DNA from: Squalus acanthias | Lineage: Eukaryota | Assembly (NCBI GenBank): GCA_030390025.1 | Contig: CM059431.1 | Span: 122,328,001-122,392,000 of the forward strand | DNA length: 64,000 nucleotides | Reading direction: 5' to 3' | Shown here: piece by piece, positions 62,721 to 64,000 of the stretch | Numbering within the stretch: position 1 is the stretch's first letter | How the letters are laid out: each line of letters opens with the position of its first letter | Position numbers and translations under genes: made by a program | Notes under the pieces: generated by a model | Seen by the model: the letters and a program-made list of their open reading frames with translations, nothing else | Told to the model about the DNA's origin: nothing | The model's database searches: none

Positions 62721-64000
62721 GGCCAGGATTTTACTTACCTTGGCGAGTCCGGGGCGGGCGATGTCGGTGGCGGTTCGCTGACTCCATCCCGCTGTCTAAA
62801 ATGAATTTATGTTGATAGAGCTTGTTAAGCCAGCCAAGCGTGATTCCTGGTCACTTTGAGGAAACGGGTCTGGTGACGTCATTCATGATGCATCATCAGC
62901 TGATTTCCTTAAAGGGACCATGGCCAACTTTAATTTGACATTTGTGCTGTCAGTGTTCTGCAGTATTGAGGTGCTGCAAACACTGACAATGACTGCACAG
63001 AGGTGCAGGGCTGCACCCAGGTTCTCCCATCACTCCCTTCATATGCTTATGGAGGGAGTCAGAGCACGCAGGAAGGTCCTCTTCCCTTACAATGGGTGGA
63101 AGAGACCTCCCCAGGAGATCAACACAGCCTGGTTGCACATTGCACAGGAGAGCACAAGCAGGGATAACGTCAGGAGGAACAGGCTGCAGTGCCGCAAATG
63201 TTTTAATGATCTCAGTAGATCAGGAAACGTTAGTACAAAGCCACATTCAACCTCATCCTGCTGCGCCTCTCATCACATCCCCATCACTCTGCCTTCCCTA
63301 CCCTACTCCTGCATATCCTTACTCACATCAACTTACCTTGCACCTCCACCCATCCCTCTCTATCTACATTATTACATCCTCATCTCACTGGCCACCCCTC
63401 ACACTCACTCTCATCCTTGTACAATCATACCAACTAACAACACACAGGGGTATTTTATCCAATGTTTATGTAAAGTTTCTATTAATGTGTTGTCAAACAT
63501 TGAAATCTTTATTTTCAACACTTTCTTTTCTTGGACAGATGTATGTGCACCTTTGGAAGTGGCTTAGTGAGTTGCAGTGAATGGTGAGACATAACGGTAT
63601 CCCTACAATGGTGATGAGTGTGAAAGGAATGGCTTGGGCATTGTAGGGATGTTTTATGGTGTTGGTGTGGAGTGGTGCCAACCTGGCTGCATCATGTGGC
63701 ATCCAGGGTGTACAGCATAAAGTTAAGTAAATCTGGCCATGGTGCGGCCATCCCTGGCTTCCCGGGCAGCAATGTGCTCGGGTTCTGATGCCCTGTGTCC
63801 TGTGCAGCATCAGGTGATTGAGGAGAAGGTTGGCGTTGTTGTTGGCTGCTGCTGGTGTGCCTAGTGCTGCTGATGTTGTGGCTCATTGTAGTCCGAATCT
63901 GAGGACCAAGGTGAGAGAGTATAAATGGCACCCCTGCTGATATAATAGATGGCAGGTGAAGTACAGATGACAGAAGCAATCTGTTAATGGTGAGAGAGGT
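62721..64000 (-). mobile_element. Harbinger deletion derivative of the 52760 family, opposite orientation, runs off window end
   Basis: Terminus GGCCAGGATTTT; ORF2 exon 1 on + (62989-63228, MTAQRCRAAPRFSHHSL..QCRKCFNDL); transposase N- and C-terminal ends fused on - near 63785. Confidence 0.88.

Overview
Eukaryotic (vertebrate) genomic DNA, almost entirely transposon-derived. The repeat mix (CR1 LINEs with esterase ORF1, HE1-type V-SINE, SacSINE1-like Deu-SINE, Penelope pLTRs) points to a cartilaginous fish (inference). No host gene could be identified; most of the ORF track is TE remnant or noise. Highlights: (1) a deeply nested stack at 16.7-31.3 kb (CR1 > full-length CR1 > solo LTR > Harbinger + MITE), with the LTR and DNA-transposon junctions verified by TSDs; (2) a near-intact 4,162-bp PIF/Harbinger transposon with a DDE transposase (N-terminus out of frame at an (AG)4 run) and an open 3-exon, 458-aa Myb/SANT partner gene, plus mosaic MITE derivatives; (3) a Penelope-derived perfect 98-bp-arm palindrome carrying two back-to-back minimal hammerhead ribozyme motifs, with a GIY-YIG-encoding relative at 42.4 kb; (4) a MITE family with compensatory changes in three hairpins; (5) a perfect CRE (TGACGTCA) 150-175 bp inside a terminus of six Harbinger-type elements; (6) an in-frame inverted templated insertion in a second transposase. 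Coordinates were counted by hand; boundaries of degraded elements are approximate.
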